From sequence record PP456878.1: a DNA stretch of 64,000 nucleotides; one strand, 5' to 3'. Below the pieces are notes generated by a model. It worked only from the letters and a program-made list of their open reading frames with translations. It ran no database searches and was not told the origin of the DNA. This DNA comes from Pseudomonas phage vB_PaePAO1-KEN19. Position numbers and translations under genes: made by a program. Below are positions 63,974-64,000 of the stretch, piece by piece (within the stretch, counting starts at the first letter, position 1; every line of letters begins with the position of its first letter).

Positions 63974-64000
63974 TAGCGATAACCCTATTATTTAATCGAC

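Overview
This AT-rich window (about 35% GC) reads as a segment of a large (jumbo) tailed phage genome. It is densely packed with about 85 protein genes in alternating strand blocks: minus 1-25018, plus 25369-29922, minus 29963-48756, plus 48820-58282, then mostly minus to the end. There are no rRNA genes, no convincing tRNAs and no CRISPR arrays. Gene boundaries carry short, unusually GC-rich hairpins, most often CCCTCCC-GNRA-like loop-GGGAGGG, which act as terminators; several of them fold fully only as minus-sense RNA because they need a G-U wobble.

The part of the window I consider most informative is a multisubunit RNA polymerase split into fragments. ORF 48820-50472 is a beta-prime N-terminal fragment carrying the catalytic DFDGD motif but lacking the zinc finger. 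ORF 50475-54830 is a 1451-aa beta-subunit fragment. Divergently upstream sits a 2240-aa virion protein with a C-terminal lytic-transglycosylase (SLT) domain. That pairing, together with repeated TATATTAC promoter cores (recalled from memory as the phiKZ early-promoter consensus, which I cannot check here), points to a phiKZ-like phage. phiKZ-like phages are nucleus-forming and transcribe independently of host RNA polymerase.

Other recognisable genes:
- a ThyA-family enzyme (488 aa) with three large insertions but an intact catalytic Cys and dUMP-specifying Asn
- dCTP deaminase
- a thymidylate-kinase homologue with an acidic C-terminal extension
- a nucleotidyltransferase of the pol-beta fold with a small partner gene
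- a classic AAA ATPase next to a DprA/SLOG-like Rossmann protein
- a minimal DEDDh 3'-5' exonuclease
- an SNF2-family helicase heading a plus-strand operon of two beta-rich, structural-looking proteins

Features worth a second look:
- a structured, GC-rich RNA-like element of about 200 nt in the divergent intergenic region 25105-25300
- a 45-nt exact repeat of a promoter-terminator cassette at 1172-1216 and 16292-16336
- a small acidic gene (37639-38043) with sharply enterobacterial-style high-expression codon usage in an otherwise AT-rich background
- several conserved-context small ORFs under 60 aa that the supplied ORF track omits

Most other ORFs are hypothetical. Start codons are uncertain for many of them, and the track uses GTG/TTG starts in places.
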